DNA of 64,000 bases. It comes from Candidatus Peregrinibacteria bacterium (lineage in GTDB: Bacteria; Patescibacteriota; Gracilibacteria; UBA1369; LOWO2-01-FULL-3). Positions 1 through 10,083 of this stretch are shown piece after piece (the first letter of the stretch is position 1; each line of letters opens with the position of its first letter). The position numbers and the translations under genes were made by a program. The notes below the pieces were generated by a model, which was not told the origin of the DNA, searched no databases, and worked only from the letters and a program-made list of their open reading frames with translations. The stretch spans positions 431,938-495,937 of the forward strand of contig JAPLYN010000005.1 in assembly GCA_026395515.1 (NCBI GenBank). The letters run 5' to 3'.

Positions 1-1
1 A

Positions 2-1570
2 ATTTTAAAAGCGCTTGAAGAGCTAGGATTTACTACGCCTACACCTATCCAAGAAAAAGCTATTCCCCGCCTTTTAAGTTCTCAAAAAGATTTAATCGCT
101 CTAGCTCAAACCGGAACCGGAAAAACAGCTGCCTACAGCCTTCCAGTTCTTCAACAAATCGACGCTACGTCTCGTGAAACTCAAGCATTAATTCTTTGTC
201 CTACACGTGAACTTTGCATCCAAATTACTAAAGACATCAGAAATTTCATCAAACACTCCAAAGGACTAGCTGTTGCTTCCATCTACGGAGGTGAAAGTGC
301 CTACACTCAAATTCTCGCTTTAAGACAAGGCGCGCAAATTGTAGTAGGAACTCCAGGACGTGTTCTCGATCTTATTAAAAGAAAAAAACTCCTAATCGGA
401 AATATCAAATGGCTCATCATCGATGAAGCTGATGAAATTCTCGATATGGGATTCAAGGAAGATTTAGATGCAATTCTATCTGGAACACCAGAAGAAAAAC
501 AAACCATGCTTTTCTCAGCTACTATGCCACGAAGCATTAGTATGATTGCTCATAAATACATGAAGGACGCCGACGAAATCCGTATCGATAAAGACACTAA
601 AGGTGCAGAAAAAGTTGAGCATAAATTTTATGTCGTGCAGAGCAAAGACAGATACGAAGCACTACGCCGTATTGCAGATATGAATCCATCAATTTACGGA
701 ATCATTTTCTGTCGTACCAGAATAGAAACACAACAAGTTGCCGATCAGTTAATCCAAGATAATTATTCCGCTGAAGCAATTCACGGTGATATTTCTCAGC
801 AACAGCGTACAAATATCATGGAGAGATTCAGAAAGAGACAAATTCAATTACTTATCGCTACTGACGTTGCCGCTCGTGGTATCGATGTAGACGATTTGAC
901 GCATATTATTAACTATCAGCTACCTGACAGCATTGAAACCTACGTACACCGCAGCGGACGTACGGGAAGAGCAGGCAAAAGCGGAGAATCTCTTTCTATC
1001 GTACATGCTAGAGAGTTAAGAAAAATCAGCGCTTTGGAACACAAAGTTGGAAAAAAATTCACAAAAGCAACAGTTCCATCAGTTCAAGATATCTGCCAGA
1101 ATCAAATTCTACATTTCGTAGAAGGATTCATTAATACTGAAGTAAACGAAGAAAAAATTGGTAAATTCTTACCAGCAATTAGTGAAAAATTAGCAGACTT
1201 TGATCGTGAAAAATTGATCAAACATTTTGTTTCTATGAACTTTAATAGCTTCTTAGATTCATACGAAAAAGCTGCAGATATCAATGCTGCCGGTCGTACA
1301 AATGATCGTCCTTTGAGAGAGAAGAATCCGAATATGAAATTCAGCAAATTCAGAATAGAAGTAGGCCGCAAAGACGGATTTGGAATCAAAGAAATGTTCT
1401 CTTTAATCAATAGCGATCGTCGCACCAAAGGCGCAGAGATCGGCCAAATCAATATCTTCGACATTTACACAGAATTCGAATTAGATCAAAGCTACGAACA
1501 AGCAGCACTTTCCGGCTTCAGAAACATCACATTCAGAAGACAGCCGCTTGATATAATCATAATTAAATAA
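2..1570 (+). CDS. deaD: DEAD-box RNA helicase with C-terminal DbpA-type RNA-binding domain (5' end truncated by window edge)
   Basis: Frame is open from nt 2 (ILKALEELGFTTPTPIQ...AQTGTGKT...DEAD...), upstream of the ORF-track start at 446. SAT, ARGID and HRSGRTGRAG motifs present. Confidence 0.9.
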   Translation: MLKALEELGFTTPTPIQEKAIPRLLSSQKDLIALAQTGTGKTAAYSLPVLQQIDATSRETQALILCPTRELCIQITKDIRNFIKHSKGLAVASIYGGESAYTQILALRQGAQIVVGTPGRVLDLIKRKKLLIGNIKWLIIDEADEILDMGFKEDLDAILSGTPEEKQTMLFSATMPRSISMIAHKYMKDADEIRIDKDTKGAEKVEHKFYVVQSKDRYEALRRIADMNPSIYGIIFCRTRIETQQVADQLIQDNYSAEAIHGDISQQQRTNIMERFRKRQIQLLIATDVAARGIDVDDLTHIINYQLPDSIETYVHRSGRTGRAGKSGESLSIVHARELRKISALEHKVGKKFTKATVPSVQDICQNQILHFVEGFINTEVNEEKIGKFLPAISEKLADFDREKLIKHFVSMNFNSFLDSYEKAADINAAGRTNDRPLREKNPNMKFSKFRIEVGRKDGFGIKEMFSLINSDRRTKGAEIGQINIFDIYTEFELDQSYEQAALSGFRNITFRRQPLDIIIIK

Positions 1571-1612
1571 TCACCCACAGATATTATCGGTGGATGATCA
1601 TTTGATTTTTTT
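1570..1612. terminator. Possible bidirectional terminator between the convergent helicase and typA genes
   Basis: Imperfect hairpin atcacccac...gtggatgat with a T-run downstream. Confidence 0.4.
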
Positions 1613-1618
1613 ATATAC

Positions 1619-3418
1619 TTAGTCTCTGCTTTGTCTCTTTCTAGCATTTTCATCCAAGAATTTCTTTCTTAGACGAATGCTCTTTGGAGTAATTTCTACG
1701 TATTCATCTTCCTTAATGTATTCAATAGCCTTCTCCAAAGTCATTTCTACGATTGGAATCAAAGTCAAAGCTTCATCAGCTCCGGAAGAACGCATATTTG
1801 TAAGTTTCTTATTCTTCAAAGCATTTACCACTAAGTCTGATCCCTGGTTATGTTCACCAATAATCATTCCAGTATAAATTTCAGTAGCAGGTTTCACAAA
1901 CAAACCTCCACGTTCCTGCAATTTCCATAGAGAGTAAGCCATAGTAGGACCTGTCTCACCAGAAATCATTGAACCAACTGTACGCTTAGAAATCGTACCT
2001 TTATAAGGAGCAAAACGCTCAAAAGCATGATAAAAAACACCTTCACCACGAGTCATAATCATAAACATCGATCTAAATCCAAGCAGTCCACGAGTAGGAA
2101 TTTCAAACTCCATAAAAGTAGTACCATTTTCAGACTTCATATTCTTCAATTCTCCTTTACGAGTAGAAAGAATTTCAATAACTTTACCAGCCATATCATC
2201 TGGCACATTAATAATTGCCATTTCCAACGGCTCTTCTTTCACTCCATCAACAGTTCTCATCAAAACTTCCGGCTGAGAAATCTGTAATTCAAATCCTTCA
2301 CGACGCATACCTTCAATCAAAACCGCGATGTGCATTTCGCCTCTTCCTGACACTTTAATAGCATCACTGCCTGGAACATCTTCAATTTTCAAACCAACGT
2401 TTGTTTCAAGCTCTCTATTCAACCTATCGCGTATATGTCTGCTAGTAACAAATTTTCCTTCTCTACCAGCAAATGGTGAATCATTAACCATAAATTCAAT
2501 AGCCAAAGCAGGTGGATCAACCTTGATCGCCGCTAAAGGCTCAGCCTTATCATCAGTAGTAATTGTCTCACCTACATAAATATCTGGCATACCAGCCAAA
2601 GCTACGATATCACCGGCACACACTTCCTCCGCTTCCACTCTTTGCACACCACGGTAAGTAAAAACTTTAGAAAGTCTTCCCTGCCTTCTTTCACCTTTAG
2701 CATTAATTATAGTCACAGTTTTATTCACAGAAATTTTACCTTCATTTACTCTACCGATAGCTAAACGACCGATAAAATTATCATAAGCCAAAGTAACCGG
2801 CTGCATTCTAAAAGGTTTCTCCGTATCAGCATCAGCTTTTTTCACATTTTCCAAAACCCAATCCAATAAAGGAGTAATATCTTTTTTCTCATCAGTTAAA
2901 TTTCTGATAGCTACACCATCTCTAGCAATTGTATAAATGTATGGGAAATCCAACTGTTCTGGAGTTGCCCCAAGCTTTGAGAATAGATCAAAAGTAAGGT
3001 CAAGAACCTCATCTGGACGAGCCATTGGCTTATCAATTTTATTAATAACTACCAATACCTTAAGTCCAAGCTCCAAAGACTTTCTCAAAACGAATTTTGT
3101 CTGAGGCATAGGACCTTCGTAAGCATCAATCAAAAGCAAAGTAGCATCTACAGTTCGTAAAATACGTTCTACTTCAGATCCGAAATCGGCATGTCCAGGA
3201 GTATCAACGATATTGATTTTAGTATCCTTATAGAAGATAGCCGCATTTTTAGCGTAAATAGTAATACCTCTCTCCTTTTCTTGATCATTACTATCCATCA
3301 TACGCTCTTCTGTATGCTGATATGATTCAAAAATTCCACCTGCCTTCAACAAGGCATCCACCAAAGTAGTTTTTCCGTGATCTACGTGCGCAATAATTGC
3401 AATGTTTCTGATATCCAT
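1619..3418 (-). CDS. typA: Translational GTPase TypA/BipA
   Basis: IRNIAIIAHVDHGKTTLVD, DTPGHADF and NKID motifs; C-terminal EYVEITPKSIRLRK. Confidence 0.97.
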   Translation of the reverse strand: MDIRNIAIIAHVDHGKTTLVDALLKAGGIFESYQHTEERMMDSNDQEKERGITIYAKNAAIFYKDTKINIVDTPGHADFGSEVERILRTVDATLLLIDAYEGPMPQTKFVLRKSLELGLKVLVVINKIDKPMARPDEVLDLTFDLFSKLGATPEQLDFPYIYTIARDGVAIRNLTDEKKDITPLLDWVLENVKKADADTEKPFRMQPVTLAYDNFIGRLAIGRVNEGKISVNKTVTIINAKGERRQGRLSKVFTYRGVQRVEAEEVCAGDIVALAGMPDIYVGETITTDDKAEPLAAIKVDPPALAIEFMVNDSPFAGREGKFVTSRHIRDRLNRELETNVGLKIEDVPGSDAIKVSGRGEMHIAVLIEGMRREGFELQISQPEVLMRTVDGVKEEPLEMAIINVPDDMAGKVIEILSTRKGELKNMKSENGTTFMEFEIPTRGLLGFRSMFMIMTRGEGVFYHAFERFAPYKGTISKRTVGSMISGETGPTMAYSLWKLQERGGLFVKPATEIYTGMIIGEHNQGSDLVVNALKNKKLTNMRSSGADEALTLIPIVEMTLEKAIEYIKEDEYVEITPKSIRLRKKFLDENARKRQSRD

Positions 3419-3568
3419 TTTTTGATTTAATTATGTCCCGAAGATTCTATACTAAAAAACCGATTTGGCAAATGTAAAATTTTAGATCTCCTTTTCTTTA
3501 AGACCTAAACCGGCTCTTGACAAAAAATGGCTTATGTTATAACCTGACACTCTTGTATTTTTAAACCA

Positions 3569-4195
3569 ATGCTTATGCGTAGCAAATGTTGGCTTGTAGC
3601 AAGCGTTATGACTATATTCATATATGCAGCCCCTGTAACTCACTCACAAGAGCTAAATACTACCAACACCTCTTCAGCGACTACACCTGCTATAAACATG
3701 GAAAACTACTCTCCATGGCAAAGAGTTGAAATAAGCGACTACATCTCTCAAGAAGGCGATTATTTAACTGTTTATATCCCTACTGGAACGGCTTATTTAG
3801 CTAACGATACTACTAAAATCTACGCCCAATTCCCCATTCTTTCAGGCCAACCAAGAAACGTTCACTATATCGGCCGTTACTACTTTGCTGCGACTCCAGA
3901 ACAAGAATGGGAAGTAAAGAGTATGGATACTAAAAAAGACCGTGTCACTTTCGGCAAAACTGGTAGATTCTTCCGTCTTTATGAAGATGGCAACTCTACT
4001 CCATATGGAATTCATGGCTATAAATACGCCGCAAAGCTCATAGAAGGAGGTAAAATTTATGCTAGCATGGGCTGCGTAATCGTTCCTGAAGAAGTGTTGG
4101 ACATTATCGACGCCAGCTTCAAGGCCGACGTTAAAGACATGAAAGTAATCACAACAAGCGATATTCAGAAAATATCAAACTTCATCGTAATCTAA
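3569..4195 (+). CDS. L,D-transpeptidase (YkuD-like) family exported protein
   Basis: Signal-peptide-like N-terminus; YGIHG...ASMGCV catalytic His/Cys pattern. Confidence 0.7.
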   Translation: MLMRSKCWLVASVMTIFIYAAPVTHSQELNTTNTSSATTPAINMENYSPWQRVEISDYISQEGDYLTVYIPTGTAYLANDTTKIYAQFPILSGQPRNVHYIGRYYFAATPEQEWEVKSMDTKKDRVTFGKTGRFFRLYEDGNSTPYGIHGYKYAAKLIEGGKIYASMGCVIVPEEVLDIIDASFKADVKDMKVITTSDIQKISNFIVI

Positions 4196-4198
4196 GGA

Positions 4199-5575
4199 TT
4201 ACCAACCAAAAATCTTACCGACGTCTTCAGGATTCTCACGTTTACGTGCAATCTTGATTTCGCCATTCTGGGCAATCAATTTAGCAGGAGAAGAAAGCAA
4301 ACAGTGATGTGAAGCCAAGGCATCTTGGTAAGCACCAGTGTCATAAACTGCTATATAAAGATCATCACAATCTTCAAAACAAGGCAAAGAAATATATCCT
4401 CCACCAGAAGTATACCTATCATCACTATCACAAGAAGAACCAGCCAACCAAACTTGCTGTAGTCTCTTAGCTCTTAAATGATTCACTGGAGTAACATGCC
4501 ATTTCTGATGAATAGCCCAAGTATCCAATAGGTCATTCATGAAACTTCCATCAATCACATACCATTTCTTCTTATTTTTTTCGCTCACATCTTTCTGCGC
4601 CAATATCTTATATATAGTAATCTGAGCCGGTGCAGCCACATAGCTACCCCATTCCACAATAAGATTAGGATGTTTAAGTCCCAACTTATCACATTCAGTC
4701 TTTGCTGTATTAACAATCTGACGAATTAAACTCTTACCAGTATAAAAATGCTTCTTTTTCTCAAAAGGAACTCCCGCACCGCCACCAATATCTAAAGTAT
4801 CAAGATTAGGATTCTTTTCTTTCATTTGTTGGAATAAAGCCAAAGCCCTTTCCAAAGGTTTCACAAATCCATCAATAGTCTCAATCTGCTTTGAAATATG
4901 ATAATGCAAAGTAGAAAGATTTCTGATTTTTCCAATCTTTAATAATTCAGATTCAGAAAATCCAAAACGATTGTATCTTTTATCCCAGTGAGCTTTTACT
5001 TTAATTTCCAAATCCACTCTTATTCCAACTTCACCCTTAAATTTTTTCAATCTTTCTAATTCTAAATAATCTTCAATAATAGGAACAACAATCAAACCTT
5101 TTCCCCTCAACTCTTCAATCAAACTAATATACTTTTCAGTTTTAGGACCATTACAAATTACTCTGATCTTCGCATTGAATTTATCTTGCTCAATCATTCT
5201 CTTCACCAAAAATAATTCATTCGCACTCGCTACATCCAAATTCGCACCCTCCGCAACTGCAGGCAACACAAACTCTTTTGTTTGATTAGCCTTCATTGCA
5301 TAGTGATAATAAAAACGGCCTTTATAGCCAGAAATCTTTATATACGCATTAAATGTATCAATTAAGTCTCTTACACGGTTTTCCATCACAGTTGGGAAAA
5401 CTATTTCTGTCGGAGTTCCATACTTCTTTATAATATCGTAAACATTGTATTGATAATTTCCTTCACGAACAATTAATTCATCATCCACACCAATATCAAA
5501 ATTCTGAGTGTTAAAATCCTCTAGCCCTAAACGCCAAAACTTTTTAAACCCATTCTTCTTACTTGTTTTTTTCAA
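4199..5575 (-). CDS. PLP-dependent Orn/DAP/Arg decarboxylase family protein (arginine decarboxylase-like)
   Basis: YAMKAN (PLP lysine), CNGPK, DIGGG, SCDSDD and GAYQ motifs; TTG start. Confidence 0.8.
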   Translation of the reverse strand: MKKTSKKNGFKKFWRLGLEDFNTQNFDIGVDDELIVREGNYQYNVYDIIKKYGTPTEIVFPTVMENRVRDLIDTFNAYIKISGYKGRFYYHYAMKANQTKEFVLPAVAEGANLDVASANELFLVKRMIEQDKFNAKIRVICNGPKTEKYISLIEELRGKGLIVVPIIEDYLELERLKKFKGEVGIRVDLEIKVKAHWDKRYNRFGFSESELLKIGKIRNLSTLHYHISKQIETIDGFVKPLERALALFQQMKEKNPNLDTLDIGGGAGVPFEKKKHFYTGKSLIRQIVNTAKTECDKLGLKHPNLIVEWGSYVAAPAQITIYKILAQKDVSEKNKKKWYVIDGSFMNDLLDTWAIHQKWHVTPVNHLRAKRLQQVWLAGSSCDSDDRYTSGGGYISLPCFEDCDDLYIAVYDTGAYQDALASHHCLLSSPAKLIAQNGEIKIARKRENPEDVGKIFGW

Positions 5576-5717
5576 TGATGAAAGTGAGAAAATATTTTAT
5601 ACGAACATAATTTTTATACTCTATTTTCACATGCAATAAAGCCCATTTCTTGTAAAGCCCTTGCAATATTTCGGAAATATTTTCACAATACCGATCACAT
5701 ACTACTAAAAATAATTT

Positions 5718-6347
5718 ATGTGTTTCTCCGCAGCAGCAAGTTTTTCTTCAGGGATTGCCTTAAGTGGCGTCGGTACAGCAGCGCTAATTAAAAATAAAGA
5801 AAAGAGATCCATTCCTCTCGCAAGTATTCCATTATTTTTTGGAATTCAACAACTTTTCGAAGGATTTGTTTGGAGCAGTTTAGCAACATCACAATGTCAC
5901 CAAGTTGCAGTGTATGGATTTTTAGCATTCGCTTTAGTATTTTGGCCATTCTATTCTCCACTCGCATTTTTTCTCGCTGAAAAAAATATTGTTCGCAAAA
6001 AAATTCTTTTGGGATTATTTGCATTAGGAACAATCGTTTCAATTTATTTTCTTGGAATAATGCTCACTCAACCAATATCTTCAGAAGTCACAAAGAACAG
6101 CATCCAGTACATATTAGATGCACCTCTAGTAGTTTTCTTCACCTTAATATACTTCATCGCTACTTGTGCCTCAGCAATTTTGTCTTCACATAAAAGATTA
6201 ACTGTTTTCGGAATTTTTCTTACAATATCTCTAGCAATAGCTTTGTATTTTTATTTTATTACATTTACATCAGTCTGGTGTTTCTTCGCAGCAATTTTAA
6301 GTTTAATAATATTTTCACACATTAATGAAAGCTCTAAAAAAATATAG
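5718..6347 (+). CDS. Multi-pass membrane protein (MCFS-start, DUF6629-like)
   Basis: MCFSAAASF start, QQLFEGFVW, SVWCFFAA; about 7 hydrophobic segments. Confidence 0.65.
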   Translation: MCFSAAASFSSGIALSGVGTAALIKNKEKRSIPLASIPLFFGIQQLFEGFVWSSLATSQCHQVAVYGFLAFALVFWPFYSPLAFFLAEKNIVRKKILLGLFALGTIVSIYFLGIMLTQPISSEVTKNSIQYILDAPLVVFFTLIYFIATCASAILSSHKRLTVFGIFLTISLAIALYFYFITFTSVWCFFAAILSLIIFSHINESSKKI

Positions 6348-7182
6348 AGGAATAAAATCTTTTACATCAACAGTTCTATTCGTTTCAATAATTATTTCAG
6401 GCTGTGGAAACATTGTTAATACAGAAAAAAACAAACCAACTGACAAAACTGCAACAACTCAAATTACAGATCAAAAACCTGTAATAAAAGAAGTGCCAGC
6501 AGTAAAAACAGAACAACTTATAGTAGAACACGGACCACGCGACAAAAAAAATATTGCACTTACTTTTGATGCGGACATGACACCCTCAATGCTAAAAAAA
6601 CTTCAAACTAAAAAAGTTAAAACACTTTACGATAAAAGAATCACCGACACGTTGGAAGAAACTTCTACTCCAGCTACAATTTTCATCACAGGATTGTGGG
6701 CAGAAACTTATCCAGAAGAAACAAAAAACCTAAGCAAAAATCCACTTTTTGAAATTGCCAATCACTCTTTAACTCATGGAAGTTTCACAAAGGAATGCTA
6801 CGGTTTAGGGCTAGTTCCAGATAAAAACAAAGAACTATCTGAAACACAAAAAATTCTCAAAGAACTTACAAATCTCACGCCAAAATATTTTCGCTTTCCT
6901 GGAGGTTGTTACAGAAAAGAAGATTTAAAAATAGTAGCGAATGAAGGACTTATTCCAGTTCAATGGGACGTAATTTCCGGCGACGCATTTCAAAAAGACA
7001 GCAGCAAAATATCCAGCACAGTAATAAATAAAACTACAAACGGATCTATCATAGTAATGCATCTAAACGGTGCTCCAAACGCTCCAGGAACAGCAGAAGC
7101 TCTACCTTCAATCATCAAAGAACTAAAGAAAAAAGGTTATACTTTCGTCAAGATGTCCGAGCTATTAAGCGGTAATCGTTAA
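6325..7182 (+). CDS. Polysaccharide deacetylase (NodB family) lipoprotein
   Basis: ISGC lipobox; ALTFDAD, NHSLTH, FRFPGG and IIVMH motifs. Confidence 0.85.
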   Translation: MKALKKYRGIKSFTSTVLFVSIIISGCGNIVNTEKNKPTDKTATTQITDQKPVIKEVPAVKTEQLIVEHGPRDKKNIALTFDADMTPSMLKKLQTKKVKTLYDKRITDTLEETSTPATIFITGLWAETYPEETKNLSKNPLFEIANHSLTHGSFTKECYGLGLVPDKNKELSETQKILKELTNLTPKYFRFPGGCYRKEDLKIVANEGLIPVQWDVISGDAFQKDSSKISSTVINKTTNGSIIVMHLNGAPNAPGTAEALPSIIKELKKKGYTFVKMSELLSGNR

Positions 7183-8079
7183 GGCTTTTTTAGATTTCAA
7201 AAAGAAATAACCAATTGTTACAAATGTAGCTACAGGAGATGCCCATTGTGGAACTGCAACTCCAAAAGCATCAGTTAACATAATCACACCCAAAAATAAA
7301 ATGGAATACATCGCTCCATTTTTTAAATAAATATATTTTTTAACTCTATCAATATTACCAACAGTTAATTGTCTAACAACCAAAGCTCCCAAACCATTAC
7401 CCAATAAAATCAATGGTACAGACAAGGTAAAAGCGAAAGCACCTAACACTCCATCAATAGAAAAAGTTGCATCGATAACTTCCAAATAAAGAATTTTACT
7501 AATGTCTGATAAATGTTTTTTTGTTAAACTTTTTTCACTCTCTTCAGCATTTTGTTTAAATCCATGTGTAATAAAAAATGCAGATGATCCAACCACCGCG
7601 CCGAATGCCATCATTGGATTTTGCTTCAATGCAAACCAAACTATAACGGCCAAAACCACTGATACTGTAGCGAAAAACCACACTCCGTTTTTAACAAAAA
7701 ATTTTTCAAAACGTGGCAAACCAAAATGTTTTTCTTCCAAAAATAACCAATGCAAAAATAAAAATACTAAAAATATTCCACCACCTGCCATTAAAATTGG
7801 TGCTGCCATTTCAATAGATTCTTTCACATGAGGATCATTACTAAACGTTGCAGTGAGTGCTTCGATAGGACCAAGTGAAGGATTTACAGCCCAAATAATT
7901 AACCAAGGCAAAAGACCTCGTATCAAAAAAACGGCTATTAGAAGCCCCCAAACAAGAAACCATTTTCTAGCTTTTGGTTTCATCGTAGAAAGTACTTCAG
8001 CATTTATCACTGCATTATCAATGCTAGAAATAACTTCAAAAACACAGAGGCCTAAAACAATTAAAATCATCGTCAACAT
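7165..8079 (-). CDS. TerC/YkoY-like integral membrane protein (DUF475-type)
   Basis: EVISSIDNAVINA and EVIDATFSIDGVLGAFA motifs; many TM segments. Confidence 0.85.
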   Translation of the reverse strand: MLTMILIVLGLCVFEVISSIDNAVINAEVLSTMKPKARKWFLVWGLLIAVFLIRGLLPWLIIWAVNPSLGPIEALTATFSNDPHVKESIEMAAPILMAGGGIFLVFLFLHWLFLEEKHFGLPRFEKFFVKNGVWFFATVSVVLAVIVWFALKQNPMMAFGAVVGSSAFFITHGFKQNAEESEKSLTKKHLSDISKILYLEVIDATFSIDGVLGAFAFTLSVPLILLGNGLGALVVRQLTVGNIDRVKKYIYLKNGAMYSILFLGVIMLTDAFGVAVPQWASPVATFVTIGYFFLKSKKALTITA

Positions 8080-8248
8080 ATTTTTTTTAAATAAAAAAAT
8101 TTTCTAAATATTAATCCTAAAAAAAATAAAAATAAACCAAATAGAAATAATGGCTTAGGCAAAAGGAAATAATCATGTCGTAAATTTTAAATAAAAAAAT
8201 AAATAAAAAATTAAACTTCGAAATCATGCTTTGCACTGCGAGAAACAC

Positions 8249-8276
8249 TTGCAATTTAATTTAAAAAAATCATAAT
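8249..8276 (+). promoter_or_regulatory. Sigma70-type promoter for the 28-aa peptide
   Basis: TTGCAA-16-CATAAT. Confidence 0.5.
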
Positions 8277-8302
8277 GAAAACACTCATTAACCTCACTCC
8301 TA

Positions 8303-8389
8303 ATGGCTCCTAAAAAAGGAAAGAAAGTAGTAAAGAAAGCTAAGAAAGTACTTAAGAAAGTTAAGAAAGCAAAAAAAGGAAAGAAATAA
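8303..8389 (+). CDS. 28-aa lysine-rich peptide MAPKKGKKVVKKAKKVLKKVKKAKKGKK (not in ORF track)
   Basis: Translated by hand; bracketed by a promoter motif and an intrinsic terminator; strongly non-random KK periodicity. Confidence 0.75.
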   Translation: MAPKKGKKVVKKAKKVLKKVKKAKKGKK

Positions 8390-8410
8390 ATTCCTTCTTC
8401 TTAGTTTTAA

Positions 8411-8439
8411 AAAGACACTCGTAATTCGAGTGTTTTTTT
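8411..8439 (+). terminator. Intrinsic terminator
   Basis: acactcg-taatt-cgagtgt followed by a T-run. Confidence 0.8.
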
Positions 8440-8492
8440 GTGTCCAAATTAAAACCCGGCAACAAGTAAAATTAATCACCATTTTTTACATC

Positions 8493-8521
8493 TTGACTTA
8501 ATCTGTTAAAAGTCCTAGATT
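8493..8521 (+). promoter_or_regulatory. Sigma70-type promoter
   Basis: TTGACT-17-TAGATT upstream of the 72-aa ORF. Confidence 0.6.
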
Positions 8522-8551
8522 TAAACCAATCTATTCATAACCAACAAAACC

Positions 8552-8770
8552 ATGGCAGTCGCAGCTTATGCACACAAAAACAGCAAAGGTCAGACTTATT
8601 ACCTCCACTCAAAGAACGTAACACTTCGTGGTGGTCGTAAACAGGTTATTTACTACTTCGCTCGTGAAGTAAAACCAGGAGCACTTGAGGCTCTTCCAGA
8701 GGGTAAGTCAGTTGTAGAAAACAAGAGAACTGGTCTTCCACTAGTAAAAGGTTCTGCAAAAAAGAAATAG
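8552..8770 (+). CDS. Small basic hypothetical protein (NSKGQTYYLH...IYYFA...NKRTGLP)
   Basis: 72-aa ORF with its own promoter and terminator; codon choice typical of well-expressed genes. Confidence 0.85.
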   Translation: MAVAAYAHKNSKGQTYYLHSKNVTLRGGRKQVIYYFAREVKPGALEALPEGKSVVENKRTGLPLVKGSAKKK

Positions 8771-8797
8771 TAATCAGAACAAAATCTCAAATCAAAA

Positions 8798-8826
8798 GCA
8801 CCTCGCCAAAAGCGGGGTGTTTTTTT
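8798..8826 (+). terminator. Intrinsic terminator
   Basis: gcacctcgc-caaaa-gcggggtgt followed by a T-run. Confidence 0.8.
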
Positions 8827-8869
8827 GTAAAAAATTAAGCTAAGATAAAAGCATCCTCACCCAAATTCT

Positions 8870-10081
8870 ATGAAAAAAAATAATTTTCTCATAATTGGAA
8901 CAAGTACTTTTTTGCTATTCTCAAATTTATCTTCAGCAAAAATTTTTACAGACATAAAAGAGAATGATAATCATTATATAGCTTCAAGATATCTTTCTGA
9001 GAAAGGCATCATTAACGGATATGGCGATGGTACTTTTAAACCGACCCAAGACATTACTCGCGCCGAATTATTAAAAATAATTTTTGAAGGAAATAAAACT
9101 CAAACATCCAATCCAAATACAAATTGTTTTCCAGATGTTGGATATCAAGAGTGGTACAGCAAATATATTTGCACAGCAAAAGATTTAAAAATTATAAAAG
9201 GATACGATGACGGCAATTTCGAACCAAACAAAACATTAAACAAAGCAGAAGCTTTAAAAATTCTAGGAGAATTCTACAAATGGAATACCTCAGACAAAGA
9301 AAATCAGGCTTGGTACAGCAAATATATAGACTTCGGTAAAAATAAAAATCTATTGGAAAATAGTGATGTATTTGATCCTTCAGCAAACATGAGCCGTGGT
9401 GAAATATCAGAAACTCTTTATAGATTTTTAGCCAACACAGAATATAAATCAGAAAAATTTTCTGATGACATTGAAAATAAAATTGCAATAAAAATAAATG
9501 CAGAAGATATTGCAAATGAAGACTCACCAAATACTGACAAAACTATTTCTCGTAACTTGCCTACTCCAGAAATAGTTCAACTAACTCCTGGAGAGATAAA
9601 GGTAGTTTTCAGCTGGGAGATGCCAATAATTCCACCAGAACAAGAAAAAACAGAATTCAATTCCTACCTATTGGAACCAACTGACGAAGAAATTTCCTAT
9701 CAACATAAAATAGATAGCAAAGTTGATACTATTTTAGAAACCACAAATAATTCCGAAACGTATACTATTCGAAATATAAAATCTGACGCAACTGTAGACG
9801 GACAAATAAAAAATTACGTTTTCTTCGCCCAAGCTTTCAATGGAACAACAACTTTTGCCGATGCAAAAGTAAAAATAGATATTTTCGACAAAAACGGCTT
9901 AGTGAAGACAATTATTGCATATCAAAAAGACGAAAACACAATGCCGATTGGAAACAGAATTTGGAAAATATTCACACTAGATGAAAATTATGAATTGAAA
10001 ATTTTTAATTCAATCGGATCCTGCGACCTCATGAATCAAAGTAGAAATTCTGGTGTCTGCCCTTATGGACTAATAGATTAA
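8870..10081 (+). CDS. S-layer homology (SLH) domain surface protein with C-terminal YfaP-like beta domain
   Basis: Signal peptide; repeats GIINGYGDGTFKPTQDITRAE and IIKGYDDGNFEPNKTLNKAE. The YfaP-like call is by pattern only (IKVVFSWE...YLLEP). Confidence 0.8.
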   Translation: MKKNNFLIIGTSTFLLFSNLSSAKIFTDIKENDNHYIASRYLSEKGIINGYGDGTFKPTQDITRAELLKIIFEGNKTQTSNPNTNCFPDVGYQEWYSKYICTAKDLKIIKGYDDGNFEPNKTLNKAEALKILGEFYKWNTSDKENQAWYSKYIDFGKNKNLLENSDVFDPSANMSRGEISETLYRFLANTEYKSEKFSDDIENKIAIKINAEDIANEDSPNTDKTISRNLPTPEIVQLTPGEIKVVFSWEMPIIPPEQEKTEFNSYLLEPTDEEISYQHKIDSKVDTILETTNNSETYTIRNIKSDATVDGQIKNYVFFAQAFNGTTTFADAKVKIDIFDKNGLVKTIIAYQKDENTMPIGNRIWKIFTLDENYELKIFNSIGSCDLMNQSRNSGVCPYGLID

Positions 10082-10083
10082 AT

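Noticed and set aside
8080-8248. yybP-ykoY (Mn2+) riboswitch upstream of the TerC/YkoY-like gene
   Set aside because: The region is almost pure A/T tracts and lacks the GGGGAGUAG-type core and stems.
8300-8482. Minus-strand 60-aa Phe/Leu-rich ORF
   Set aside because: It is the antisense shadow of the Lys-rich peptide; promoter and terminator polarity support the plus strand.
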